Shown: positions 32,179 to 42,399 of the stretch, piece by piece | Layout of the letters: every line of letters starts with the position of its first letter | How positions within the stretch are numbered: the first letter of the stretch is position 1 | Source of the DNA: Schizochytrium sp. TIO01 | Lineage: Eukaryota > Protista > Bigyra: Labyrinthulomycetes | DNA: 64,000 bases | Direction of reading: 5' to 3' | Assembly (NCBI GenBank): GCA_004764695.1 | Contig: SMSO01000034.1 | Span: forward strand, 3,224,001 to 3,288,000 | Translations under genes and position numbers: made by a program | The notes under the pieces: generated by a model | Seen by the model: the letters and a program-made list of their open reading frames with translations, nothing else | Told to the model about the DNA's origin: nothing | Databases searched by the model: none

Positions 32179-35100
32179 GAATTTTATCTAATTGAATTGG
32201 TGGTTTGTACCCAAGTAACTCCTTGATCTCCTCCTCGGTTGTGTTAATACGACTCGCTGCTTCTTGCGTCATTGATTCTCGAGAAAACCAGTTTGAAGCG
32301 CGACCCTCTGGGGAAAGTTGTTCGCGGATCTTACGCCTCTCTCGCATAGCAATTTGATATGCTCGACGATTACTGAGAAAGATCTGGTGTTGGTTGCCAG
32401 TTTTCGCATCACCTAGAACACGAAAAAATTCTTGAAAGTCAATATAACCATCGCGCTTGCTATCCATGCTATCCATGAACAGCTCGAGATCTCTCCGGGA
32501 TAAGGTAGGGTCCAATTTGTGCATACCTCGACGAAAGTCTGACCGAGTTAACACACCGGTTTTTCTTGTATCCATGGAAAGAAAGAGGGTATGGAGCATG
32601 CCTTCTGTTTGACCCATTAAAGCCTCCAAGACTCGGTATCGAGCCTGAGCACGTTCTCCGGGGGAACCAGAGGCGCCTGAATTGGCACGACGACGCGATG
32701 GTTTGCGACGTGGCTCTGTTGCAATACTTCGTGATACACGACCGGCAGAGCTTGGACGACGCTTGGTAGCGGTCGTTGGCATGCCAGAAATATCTGATAC
32801 CATACGCGAAGTTGCTTTAACCGGTTTGGCTGCACTAAAACTGCCACGGCGTGGTACAGAGCGAGGCACTGCATTACGAAGAGCTTCAAATTGGTCGCGT
32901 AGATCAATACTATCAACAAGATTCAGAGCATTCAAATACTTTGCTTCCAGATCAGGATCAAGTAAATGATCCTCATTTTCAAAGCTTCGAGTTTTGCTTG
33001 ATCGTCGCTTGGATGATTTCTTTGGACTCGAGTGGCGTTTTACACGGCGAACTTGATCCTTCTCACGTGCTAGATAAGGTTCCTTCGTCTGTGCCTCATT
33101 TCTAAAAACCAAGGAAACAACTTCCACCTCATTTTCATCATCTTCGTCTTCGTCGTAATTATAGACCTGATTGAACCCATCCTCATCCTCGTCCTCGTCC
33201 TCGAAATTAATATTCTTATGGCCGTTGTCGAAGTCAACAACGTGTCGCTCTTCATCCGCCTGATTTCTACTGTGCATGGAATGAGGAGGTTCATACAGGT
33301 CCATATCGCCTTCTTCATCAAGGTCCTCATCATCCTCATCGCGACCAATGACAAGACCAAGTCTTCGTGTCTTGCCAGAGTACTCTGGCTTTCTCTGGTG
33401 CCGAGAAGCACTATGTACTTGCGGTGGCGGGCCTTCATCAGGGGAACGAAGAGCCAAAAATCCTGTTGGTACAGGGGAGTGTGCTGTTGCTGCAGAGTCC
33501 TCTCCAGGAGCGACAAGCATGGTATGGCGTAGGCGTTGGGCAAAATGCAATGCAGTCAAGAGCTCTGCGCTCTTGGGGTTGCGAACTGTAAGCGATGGAT
33601 GGATGAGAAGGTGAAACATGCATGCGTCCCTTCCAAAATTCTCCATCACTGACGCATTATTGGGAAAGCTCCGCGACCGTGCCGCAATTCCCAAGGTCTC
33701 CTCATCAAGGCAATCCCTCAAAATACCTAACAAGGTGACATTATTGAAGAGACGCATCAAAGTACCTGGAGAAGCCTCTGAGCCTTCGGCATCAAGATCT
33801 TGCCGACGAGCCATTGAATTAATGATTTGCACAAGAGCTTCCATGGTTTCGTCAGCAAAGTTCACTCGAGAAGCAGACGCAACCTCGACAATGTGCATTT
33901 TGCCATGCGGAGAATCTTCATCTTGTGAATAGGCATCGCCTGGGTCAATCCAAACAGTATACAACAGTAATGCTGTTTCTCTTTGCAACGTATTCTGCCC
34001 CCGTGATGGTTTGTTACCTCTGGAGCTCGATCTAGAGCCAAAGGATGAAGGCCCAAGAGCAGTATGATGATTACCCGATCCAACAGATGCAATGAGAGCT
34101 GCTTCATACCTAGTCTTAACATTTACAATGTTCAGTCCAGCAGCCTCGAGATCAACTCGTCCCGTTGCGCGCGCTGATACTTGATCGAACTGTAGTCGCG
34201 GGAACTCCTCCAATGTAGCACCACCACTACTGTGGTCATCTGACAAAAGATCGTAGACGTGAGATCCCTGTACGTGCACACAAGAAAGATTAACACGAGG
34301 CAAAATACTTGCAATATCGCCTTTTTCCTCGCCCTTGTATCCATGTGCAAGATTTTCTACGACATCGAATACTGCATTCAAAATGCTATTGGTCGTAGCA
34401 CTACTTGCAGGGCCCGAGGAGATCACTACAGCGCGATCACCATCAAAGAGAGCATCAACAATAGGAGCGACCTGCGCTCGGATACCATTTTGATTGCCAA
34501 GAAGAGGGTCAGAAGCAAGAACATCGGCCCCACTTGGAGCTGCATCCTTGATGTATACGACTTCATCGTAACCAAAGTAACGCTTCGAGGTGTCACTCTC
34601 TACCATCACCTCAGCAGAGGCGAGAATCGGTTCAACACGCAACATGTTTGTCATTGTGTCATTCTGGCCTCTTGTGTCAGAAGAGAGCCCATCGCTTGGA
34701 GCAGAATTCTCAAAAACGGAACAAATTCGCCGCACACGCTTATCACCAAAGCCCATGCGAGATTTGTGTAAGTTTCGGCGCCGAAGCCGTTCGAGTTCTA
34801 GCTTTCGGTTCATTGCAACATTTGAAAGACTAGATTTTGCCTGCAGCTCGTGACGAGCCACCGGCGCAAAGTTCTGGCGCTTAGAACGGAGCTTTTGTGA
34901 GTAGAGTCGCCACTGTGTCACGGCATCCGTGGTGAGGTCTTTCATTAGAGTGACCTGATTTGCAATATCCTGGAGTCCCTGGCGTAATTCTTTGAGATCG
35001 CCCTTTGCATGGACACCCAAAATACGCGCGCTTGGGCGGTGCCTTGCAATATAAGGTTTAACCTGTCTTGGTGGACTACGTGACTGGCTACGCGCTTCGT

Positions 35101-37720
35101 TTGCTGCATGGTGCTTTCGAAGCTCTGCGACTTCGCTGGATCTTTGCAAAAATCTTTCATTAGCTGTAGTAAGTTGATCCTGCACCAACTGAACTTGACC
35201 CTCTAATTGTGCAATACGTTCATGTGATACCTTAAGAGCATCACGTGCTGAGGCCCCTTCAGATTCAGCATGCTCTAGATCGTCCTGAAGGACTTGAGTT
35301 TGTCGTTCGAGACGAACCTTGGCCGCAACAGTCTGTTTCAGGTCGGCTGCAAGTTGTGTTGCTTCTTCCTTTTGGGATGCAAGCTCTCTGGCCTGAGATT
35401 CATTTTCAGCAGCAAGTTTACCAACATCTGCAGTCTGCTCTCGTACACGCAGTTCAGAGGCACGAAGCTGAGTTTGTGCAGAGCGCTCTGCTTCCCTCAA
35501 CTCATCAATGACACGATTGAGCTGAGAAATAGTCTGCAAGAGACGATCGACCTCTGCAGCGTTTATGGAAGCTTCCCCAGGGCTTTCCGTCAGCTTATCT
35601 GCATTGAGAGGTGCATTGGTGCCCCCCAGGTTTGATCCAGAGTCGTTCATGACCTTACGAAATTTGTCTTGACTCTGCTTCAATTGTACTTGAAGTTCTT
35701 CAACGCGAGCTTTCCAGTCTTCGCGTTCACTACGGGCGGCAACGGCAGCAGCTGTAGCAGCCCCGGATTCTGTTGCTTTCTCCTGCAGCTCATGTTTGAG
35801 TTCACGTATAGATTGCTCCAGTCGCGTAACTCGGTCATCAGCCTCGGCACTTGCGTCGCGTCTCATCTGCAGTAGTTGCATCTCTGAGCGTAAATCATCT
35901 TCACGAGCTTGCTGTTCGCGAGCCTGATATTCATACCGTTCAATATCACGCGCCCTTTGCTTTTCAAGGTCTTGTTTAGCCTTTTCGAGCTCTGTCATCT
36001 TGCATTCTACGCTTTCACGAAGTCGAGACTCCTTCTTAGCTTCCAATTTTGCTTCGGCAACTTGCTCGCGCAGTACCTGCAGTGAATCGTCGTCACCGCG
36101 AATGGGTGAAGGAGGAGATGAGAACAGGGGTTCTCTAGATTGGTGGAAGCCAGGTGACCCGGGTGCTGGTGAAAATGCTCCTGGAGAGAGAGGCATATCC
36201 GCAGTTGTATCCGCAAATGATAGGGGCTCTGCAGTAGTCGCCTTATTAAGCCATAACGCAGCTGGGTCCACAGGCCCAGTTTGGAGAGCAGCTAATCGTC
36301 TGACATCATCAATTTTATCCATGCTTAAAACGATGCTCAATTCCAATTTGTGGCGAGGGCCCGTGAACCATCTTCTGAAGGTAATTTCATCCCCGTTGAG
36401 TGTCACAGTTGAAGGCTCAAAATGTAAAAGTTCCCAGAACGGCAAATCCCACTCTTGAGGCCCCGCATCTCGATCACACTGAAGTCGAACTTGTAAGCGG
36501 CCATTCTCAGGAAGCCCTTCCTCATGAGCTCCAAAAACAAAGACTTCATCCCAAATAGGATTTGTCACGGATTCTGCGAGGTCTGTGCGAAATGTTTCTC
36601 CGCCTACACTACACCGAACACAAGCATCACATCGTGAACCAAGATCCGCTTGGTGTACAGTCACACGTAAAATCGACAATAAGGCTACCTCGCGTGAAGG
36701 TGCCCTACGCAAATCGCTCTTTCGCTTCCCCCCTTGCTGTCGTTGGGTCCAGGTTGCCACCAAGTCAAAATTATCATCATCATCGTCATCGTCATCAACT
36801 GCATTTGAATTGGTAGTGGACAGAGTTGGAGTACCAATCTTGGGAACCTCTTTCGTCACTCCGCTTGATGAACCAGCTTTGGGTTGTTCACGAGTAATGG
36901 AGGAGATAGAAGCTGCAGAACTACCCAATGTGCTACTTGTGCGAGGCTCTAGATCTCTGTCCACAAGCCAGTCATCGTCCGCCATTGCAAAAAAGGAACC
37001 TTTAGTTGCCTCAGGAGGAGACCAGTACTGCTTGCTTGGATTAACACGGGTTGTTTCGAAAACATTAAAAAACTCCTGAAAGGTGATTACTCCATCTCCA
37101 TTGAGATCCACGGACTTTGTAAAACGCTTCAGAGTAGCGGTATCTAAGCCAATACCAAGATTCAGCAACCCACGAAAAAGCTCATCACGGCTCAGGTAAC
37201 CTTTCTTTGTGTTATCCATAATTAGAAAGGCGTCATAAAGCTTAGAGTGCGTTGATTCGACAGCACTCTTCACGGCCGCAATAATTTCCTTTTGTGCCAT
37301 TGAATCTCCATCACCTTTGCTCGATGAAAAGCTTAAATTGCTTCTGCTACTCTGCGGGCTTAGACGTGGCTGCGATAGGAAACCAAAAGACAAATCCCGC
37401 AACGGACTTGCTGCAATTTGTGGCTTCGGAATGAAAGACTTATCACGTCGGCGATGTGCACGTGCCTCATGCTCAGCGGAAAGCATATCTTCTAGAGGTG
37501 AACGGGCCGCAGCGGAACTCGCAATCGAAGCAACATCATCAGCAGCGACAAGATCTAATGAGGTCAAAGGCCCCTTGGAATCCCCTCCCATACTGAAAGG
37601 CGAATGCACCTCCTCCTCACTTGAGCGTGGAGTTGACATAATCTTACTTCCTTCCTGTCTGAATACTTGAAGGTTTGTAGCGCTCAAGCCTTGATGATGA
37701 TGACGATGGGGGGGTTGCAT
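32168..37720 (-). CDS. Multidomain protein: EF-hand pair, C2, coiled coil, degenerate kinesin motor fold, EF-hand pair (1850-aa ORF, probably the 3' part of a larger gene)
   Basis: EF loops DNTKKGYLSRDE and DLNGDGVITFQE (N-terminal), DTRKTGVLTRSD and DSKRDGYIDFQE (C-terminal). C2-like ILRVTVHQA...FRT...NPIWDEVFVF. About 400 aa of heptads. Kinesin-like FGYDEV, VAPIVDALFDG, VYDLL, LLGILRDCL and ELLTALHFAQRLR. Confidence 0.85.
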   Translation of the reverse strand: MQPPHRHHHQGLSATNLQVFRQEGSKIMSTPRSSEEEVHSPFSMGGDSKGPLTSLDLVAADDVASIASSAAARSPLEDMLSAEHEARAHRRRDKSFIPKPQIAASPLRDLSFGFLSQPRLSPQSSRSNLSFSSSKGDGDSMAQKEIIAAVKSAVESTHSKLYDAFLIMDNTKKGYLSRDELFRGLLNLGIGLDTATLKRFTKSVDLNGDGVITFQEFFNVFETTRVNPSKQYWSPPEATKGSFFAMADDDWLVDRDLEPRTSSTLGSSAASISSITREQPKAGSSSGVTKEVPKIGTPTLSTTNSNAVDDDDDDDDNFDLVATWTQRQQGGKRKSDLRRAPSREVALLSILRVTVHQADLGSRCDACVRCSVGGETFRTDLAESVTNPIWDEVFVFGAHEEGLPENGRLQVRLQCDRDAGPQEWDLPFWELLHFEPSTVTLNGDEITFRRWFTGPRHKLELSIVLSMDKIDDVRRLAALQTGPVDPAALWLNKATTAEPLSFADTTADMPLSPGAFSPAPGSPGFHQSREPLFSSPPSPIRGDDDSLQVLREQVAEAKLEAKKESRLRESVECKMTELEKAKQDLEKQRARDIERYEYQAREQQAREDDLRSEMQLLQMRRDASAEADDRVTRLEQSIRELKHELQEKATESGAATAAAVAARSEREDWKARVEELQVQLKQSQDKFRKVMNDSGSNLGGTNAPLNADKLTESPGEASINAAEVDRLLQTISQLNRVIDELREAERSAQTQLRASELRVREQTADVGKLAAENESQARELASQKEEATQLAADLKQTVAAKVRLERQTQVLQDDLEHAESEGASARDALKVSHERIAQLEGQVQLVQDQLTTANERFLQRSSEVAELRKHHAANEARSQSRSPPRQVKPYIARHRPSARILGVHAKGDLKELRQGLQDIANQVTLMKDLTTDAVTQWRLYSQKLRSKRQNFAPVARHELQAKSSLSNVAMNRKLELERLRRRNLHKSRMGFGDKRVRRICSVFENSAPSDGLSSDTRGQNDTMTNMLRVEPILASAEVMVESDTSKRYFGYDEVVYIKDAAPSGADVLASDPLLGNQNGIRAQVAPIVDALFDGDRAVVISSGPASSATTNSILNAVFDVVENLAHGYKGEEKGDIASILPRVNLSCVHVQGSHVYDLLSDDHSSGGATLEEFPRLQFDQVSARATGRVDLEAAGLNIVNVKTRYEAALIASVGSGNHHTALGPSSFGSRSSSRGNKPSRGQNTLQRETALLLYTVWIDPGDAYSQDEDSPHGKMHIVEVASASRVNFADETMEALVQIINSMARRQDLDAEGSEASPGTLMRLFNNVTLLGILRDCLDEETLGIAARSRSFPNNASVMENFGRDACMFHLLIHPSLTVRNPKSAELLTALHFAQRLRHTMLVAPGEDSAATAHSPVPTGFLALRSPDEGPPPQVHSASRHQRKPEYSGKTRRLGLVIGRDEDDEDLDEEGDMDLYEPPHSMHSRNQADEERHVVDFDNGHKNINFEDEDEDEDGFNQVYNYDEDEDDENEVEVVSLVFRNEAQTKEPYLAREKDQVRRVKRHSSPKKSSKRRSSKTRSFENEDHLLDPDLEAKYLNALNLVDSIDLRDQFEALRNAVPRSVPRRGSFSAAKPVKATSRMVSDISGMPTTATKRRPSSAGRVSRSIATEPRRKPSRRRANSGASGSPGERAQARYRVLEALMGQTEGMLHTLFLSMDTRKTGVLTRSDFRRGMHKLDPTLSRRDLELFMDSMDSKRDGYIDFQEFFRVLGDAKTGNQHQIFLSNRRAYQIAMRERRKIREQLSPEGRASNWFSRESMTQEAASRINTTEEEIKELLGYKPPIQLDKILRR

Positions 37721-40700
37721 CTACATTGGCTTCGATTGAAGCTGAAAGCTGAGCCAAACGAGCTCCAGACTGTGTTTGAGAAAGATTATCATCAGGCTTC
37801 GTTTGATCCTCTTCAAATCCAACCCCTTCTCCTTTACCTTCTTGCTCCGTTTCATTCAGGTTCTGAAACTCCTCGTAATCTTCATCATCTCCTGGAAGGT
37901 TCATCTTGTGAGGTGTACGAGGAGACTGTGACGGGCTCGAATAAGACAATGATTTGTCGTCCTGATCACCATGGTCGGATGGAGAGTAAGCCGAACCGGG
38001 ATATGATGCTGGAGTAGCCGGAGTTGTAGATGCTTGCATTCCAAAGGCTTCAGCTTTCCCTGGTGGCAAATGTGTCAGGGGAGATGGCATAGCAAGAGGT
38101 ATTGGTTTTACAATAGCAGGCGACTCAGGTGGCGACTCTGAAGCATCGTGCGCAGACCTCCCAGAGCTTTGATGTTCTGCAGAACTAAACTGTGACTGTG
38201 CGCTAGAAACCGGCGATGCAGAGATTTTACTCTCTGGGGATTTTGCTGAGCTTGAACGCAGTACTGAAGATGATGAGAGGTGGGAAGCAGGACTAGCTGC
38301 ATCAAATTGTGACGCTGCGTCGCCAGTCTCCTTTACCACTGAGTCCAAACCCCTGTCACCTAACTTTGAAGAACCCGAAGTTGCACCCAGGCTTTTCTCA
38401 CCCGGTGATGATGCAATACTACGTGAAGCCTCAATGTTGTTTCCGCTTAGATCTAAACTTACGGCCCTATCCTCCAGGACATAGTCACTAGTTTTCTCAA
38501 TGTCGCTACTCAATTCTGCCTCTTCTGCACCACTTGTTTCGCTGGAACAAGAATAATCCTTGTTGCTCGGCGACGAAGCCTGCTCCGAGACAGCAAGAGG
38601 AGACCCAACAAACGCTTTGTCGTCGCTGTTGGCGCCTGGAGAAGATATGTCTTGTTCTGAGTTCTGGTTCGAATGATGACTTCTGGGACTTTCAAAATTT
38701 CCCTCGCTCAACTTTTCGGATACGGCCTCGTCTTTATGAAAATTCGGAGAAGCTTCTACCAAAGAGTTATCGTCTTCAAAGGCGCCTGAATAGGGCTTTT
38801 TTGAACTACCTCCTGTTGCATCAGCATTGCCCATATTCTCACCTGCAAAGAAAGTGTCTTCGGAAATAATTGGATGCCCAGCCTTACTATCCATAGAGGA
38901 GATTTCGCTTGCTTTAGAGAGCACAGAAGGACTTACAGCACTGTTGTTAAGAGGCGAAGAAGTAGAAGAATTCTCCGCCTGAATGTGTGACTCGAATTCT
39001 TCACCTCCATCGCTTCTAACCTTCGAGGATGTGTTACTCACGGGAGATAACGCCTGGGCTTGACTGTCAGGAGCAATAGCAACATCTTTTGCGTGCACAG
39101 CAAATTCTGTGTCAATGTTAATATTCGTTGTCCTATCGCCTTGATCCACAGAAGCTGTGCCAGCTTGATCATCAGGCCCGCCATCTCCTTTAGTGCCATT
39201 TTTAGAAAATGAATCATCAACATCGCTGCAATCGTCGCAGCGTCCGAGAGGTGCACTACTTTGAATGTTCAAAACACTGTCATCGTCATTCTCTTCATTA
39301 TACTCAACCTCGGATGCCGTATCACGCTCAATGCCATATTCTTCATGTTCTTCCTTGAGTTCATCGTTGCGCTCATCGTCGTTCTCTTCACTGAGCCCAT
39401 CGTTTTGCTTGCCACTAGGCTTATCGCTGTTTTTACTGCCGTCCTCGTCACTAAGTCCTTTCTCAAATCCACTGATATGCTCAGTTCCGTTCACCTTATC
39501 ATTGTACTTGTTTCTGAACCTCCCACTATGCTCACCGCTGCGATCATCACTATATTCACCACTGTACTCACTACCGTGCCCAGCGCTGAGTTGATCGCTA
39601 TGCTCATCACTTTGTTCATCGACAAAACTATTGTCATGCTCTGAATTCTCCACATGATCGTGCTCACCGATGTGGTCAATATCATACTGAACGCCATGCT
39701 CCCCATCGTGCTCATTACCAAATTCATTGTTATATCCAGTAACCAAATTATTGCTATGTTTAGCGTTGAGATTGACATTAAGTCCATCACAGTATTCGTC
39801 ACTGTGCCTATTACTATATTCGTCGTCAAAGTCATTGCTATGCCCGGCATAGTGCTCTAGGTTGTCTACTTCCTCATTATCAACCCTGTGCGAATTACTA
39901 CTCCCAAGGCTGAGCTTATCATCATGCTCAGAGCAATACTCACTGGCATGCGAATCGTCCAAGTCCTTTCCAGCTTTAGTTCCATGCTCCGCCTCAAAAT
40001 CATCATTTTGCTTTCCAACTTCGTCAAACCTGCTTAGTGACTCGCTACTAATGATGGATTGATGCTCGTGATCATTTGATGAATGAATCGCTGCATTATT
40101 GCTAGAATCCTGAGATTGGTTTTCAGACCCTTCTTCATTGTGTTCTCTAGAATCCTGCGATTGGTTTTCAGACCCTTCTTCATTGTGTTCTCTAGAATCC
40201 TGCGATTGGTTTTCAGACCCTTCTTCATTGTATTCTCCGAGGCTAAAGTTCTCATGTCCATGCAACGCGTGGTCACTTTCATTTTCTCCTTCAAAGCTGT
40301 GCTCATTTACAAGATAGTCCGCCTTAGCAAGGCTGCCGGGAGACTGCAAGGCACCGTTAGAAGAATTTGACTCTTCAGCTGAGTGACCATCAACGCTTAA
40401 AGAATCATGGTTTCCATTTGGTGTTTCTTCTTCGCTGTCGTCGTCCAAACGACCAAGGTCCTCAGAAGACCTATCATCGTTCTCTTCTGAATGAGAACAG
40501 GCATCAACAGATTGGCTTTCCTCAATGTACATGAGTCCATCTGATGGGTGTTCAGAGCCATCAGTACTCTGTTGATCGGTTTCTTCATTACCATCGTCAA
40601 ATGTTGCGCTGTTTACATACTCATCGTGATTCTGCAGTTGTGATACCTGCTGGGAGACAGAAGACTCAGTTACAACTTGGATACCCTGGCCAAGTGATCG

Positions 40701-41816
40701 CACGTCTTCGTCTAGCCCTTCATACGGGACATCCACATATTGTCCCGCTAAGTTGTTGTGGAATTCTTGGACACTTTCCTCCATTTCATTTCCATGGCCT
40801 GTGCTTTCAGCAAAGTCCTCCTCAGAATCTACGTCTGCAGAGGCAATATTAGAAGTTTGACTAGTCACACCTTCAGCATGATCATCGCAGCTCTTTTCTG
40901 TTTGTTCCTCATCCTCAACAGGGCTATAGCGCTCGAAAAGTAGTCCATTTGAATGTTGCGGACTTTCATGGATTGAGTCATGTTCATCCATTGAGTAATC
41001 TTCGCTTATTTCGAGGTCGCTTTGGGAGCGCGGCGTGAGAGGCTCCTTGTCTCGCATACTAAATTCACTTTCGCTACCAAAGTCACCTTCCTCGACGTCA
41101 ATCTTAAGGGTATTGGGTTCTGCAGGCGGTAATGTACCTGAGCCTGAAGACTTGGGTTCTTCACTTGAGTTATCGGATCCTAGCAGGCTTACAAGTTCCT
41201 TTTGGTCATCTTCTTGTACCACGACAGCTTTCGGATCAAAGTGCACGTGCTTTTCGTCAGAAACACCCGCATGGACGGCCGGAGCATGCGTTTCATCTTC
41301 TTTTGTTTGGTCACCATCAAAAGTAACGCTCTCTTCCTCCAGTGGGAGATCTTCATTCTCAGATATCGAGTTAGAAGATGATTCGGCCTCGACTTCTATA
41401 TCCTTGATGTCTTCGCCAGCTCCGCCTTTGTTGCCTTGATCCTCCTCTTCCTCACCCTCCTCTTCGAAGTCATCCTCGAAGTCATCATCCTGGCCGTAGC
41501 TTTCTATGCTCGATTCCTGCACGCTCATTGGCGTTTCATCCTCGCTGTGTTCTCGGTCTTCCTCCAAATCTTCCTCAGATCCAGCCTTCGTGTTCCGCGT
41601 GTCTTGTTTTTCATAATCCTCATAATCCTCATAATCCTCCTCATCGCTATCATCATCGTTTTCGGCTTCAACGTCGTCTTCATTTCCAAGGCCTTTTCCA
41701 AGTCCCGCAATGTCTTCTTTGTCGGAATCCGAGCCTAAGCTATAAGAGCTTTCCTTCTCGGTCGCTGCTGGAGGAGGCGATGCTGGCACGTGCGGCATCT
41801 CGGGCGGCAGGTCCAT
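37644..41816 (-). CDS. Very acidic, Ser/His-rich intrinsically disordered protein (~1390 aa; probably the 5' part of the gene continuing in 32168-37720)
   Basis: 4.2-kb uninterrupted ORF, first ATG at 41816, dominated by D/E/S; no recognisable domain. Confidence 0.8.
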   Translation of the reverse strand: MDLPPEMPHVPASPPPAATEKESSYSLGSDSDKEDIAGLGKGLGNEDDVEAENDDDSDEEDYEDYEDYEKQDTRNTKAGSEEDLEEDREHSEDETPMSVQESSIESYGQDDDFEDDFEEEGEEEEDQGNKGGAGEDIKDIEVEAESSSNSISENEDLPLEEESVTFDGDQTKEDETHAPAVHAGVSDEKHVHFDPKAVVVQEDDQKELVSLLGSDNSSEEPKSSGSGTLPPAEPNTLKIDVEEGDFGSESEFSMRDKEPLTPRSQSDLEISEDYSMDEHDSIHESPQHSNGLLFERYSPVEDEEQTEKSCDDHAEGVTSQTSNIASADVDSEEDFAESTGHGNEMEESVQEFHNNLAGQYVDVPYEGLDEDVRSLGQGIQVVTESSVSQQVSQLQNHDEYVNSATFDDGNEETDQQSTDGSEHPSDGLMYIEESQSVDACSHSEENDDRSSEDLGRLDDDSEEETPNGNHDSLSVDGHSAEESNSSNGALQSPGSLAKADYLVNEHSFEGENESDHALHGHENFSLGEYNEEGSENQSQDSREHNEEGSENQSQDSREHNEEGSENQSQDSSNNAAIHSSNDHEHQSIISSESLSRFDEVGKQNDDFEAEHGTKAGKDLDDSHASEYCSEHDDKLSLGSSNSHRVDNEEVDNLEHYAGHSNDFDDEYSNRHSDEYCDGLNVNLNAKHSNNLVTGYNNEFGNEHDGEHGVQYDIDHIGEHDHVENSEHDNSFVDEQSDEHSDQLSAGHGSEYSGEYSDDRSGEHSGRFRNKYNDKVNGTEHISGFEKGLSDEDGSKNSDKPSGKQNDGLSEENDDERNDELKEEHEEYGIERDTASEVEYNEENDDDSVLNIQSSAPLGRCDDCSDVDDSFSKNGTKGDGGPDDQAGTASVDQGDRTTNINIDTEFAVHAKDVAIAPDSQAQALSPVSNTSSKVRSDGGEEFESHIQAENSSTSSPLNNSAVSPSVLSKASEISSMDSKAGHPIISEDTFFAGENMGNADATGGSSKKPYSGAFEDDNSLVEASPNFHKDEAVSEKLSEGNFESPRSHHSNQNSEQDISSPGANSDDKAFVGSPLAVSEQASSPSNKDYSCSSETSGAEEAELSSDIEKTSDYVLEDRAVSLDLSGNNIEASRSIASSPGEKSLGATSGSSKLGDRGLDSVVKETGDAASQFDAASPASHLSSSSVLRSSSAKSPESKISASPVSSAQSQFSSAEHQSSGRSAHDASESPPESPAIVKPIPLAMPSPLTHLPPGKAEAFGMQASTTPATPASYPGSAYSPSDHGDQDDKSLSYSSPSQSPRTPHKMNLPGDDEDYEEFQNLNETEQEGKGEGVGFEEDQTKPDDNLSQTQSGARLAQLSASIEANVDATPPSSSSSRLERYKPSSIQTGRK
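40102..40236 (-). repeat. In-frame 45-bp tandem repeat x3 (E[Y/H]NEEGSENQSQDS[R/S])
   Basis: Three near-identical 45-nt units inside the acidic ORF. Confidence 0.95.
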
Positions 41817-42399
41817 CTTCAACTTAGGTCAGGCCGCTCTCTCCCCTCCTATTTTCCAAGTTGTCTACACGGACCTTCTCCAAAGGCTTCGTGGAGACGA
41901 CGCCAGCGTCAATGCTGAGCCCGCGGTAGTACAGAAGAGGAGCAAGAACGAAATGAGTGAAGAAATGAACCAAAACGCCAGGCAGTTAGCAGCGTCGCAC
42001 GAGCAGAGCAATATGCCAATCACCAGGATACCAGCAAGGGCCCCGGGATTCGCGAGCCTCCAGCGGCCCGCTTCGCCGTGGCCTTCGCACGGATGTGAAT
42101 TTGTCTCGATCCCATTTATTGAGCACCCTCGTGGCAAAAAACAGGGCAATTAAAAAAACGCGTTGGCTACTTACTGGAAAAAGAACCTCAGTAGACTTCT
42201 ACCCTATACGTTAGGAGGGCGTTATCCCTCCAGCTCACGCATCAATATTATTCATTTCCTATAATTTTTTCATGAGGAGAAGTTCTCTACGGAGTAATCA
42301 GTGACTATGCCTTACTATAGAATTGGTGTTGTGTTTAGTTTTTTTTTTTAGTTTTTAAAAAAATATTTTAAAAGGTTTTCTAAAGTTTCTTTCAAAAAA

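Noticed and set aside
40102-40236. Regularly spaced direct repeats resembling a CRISPR array
   Set aside because: Head-to-tail 45-bp in-frame coding repeats with no unique spacers; eukaryotic context and no cas genes.
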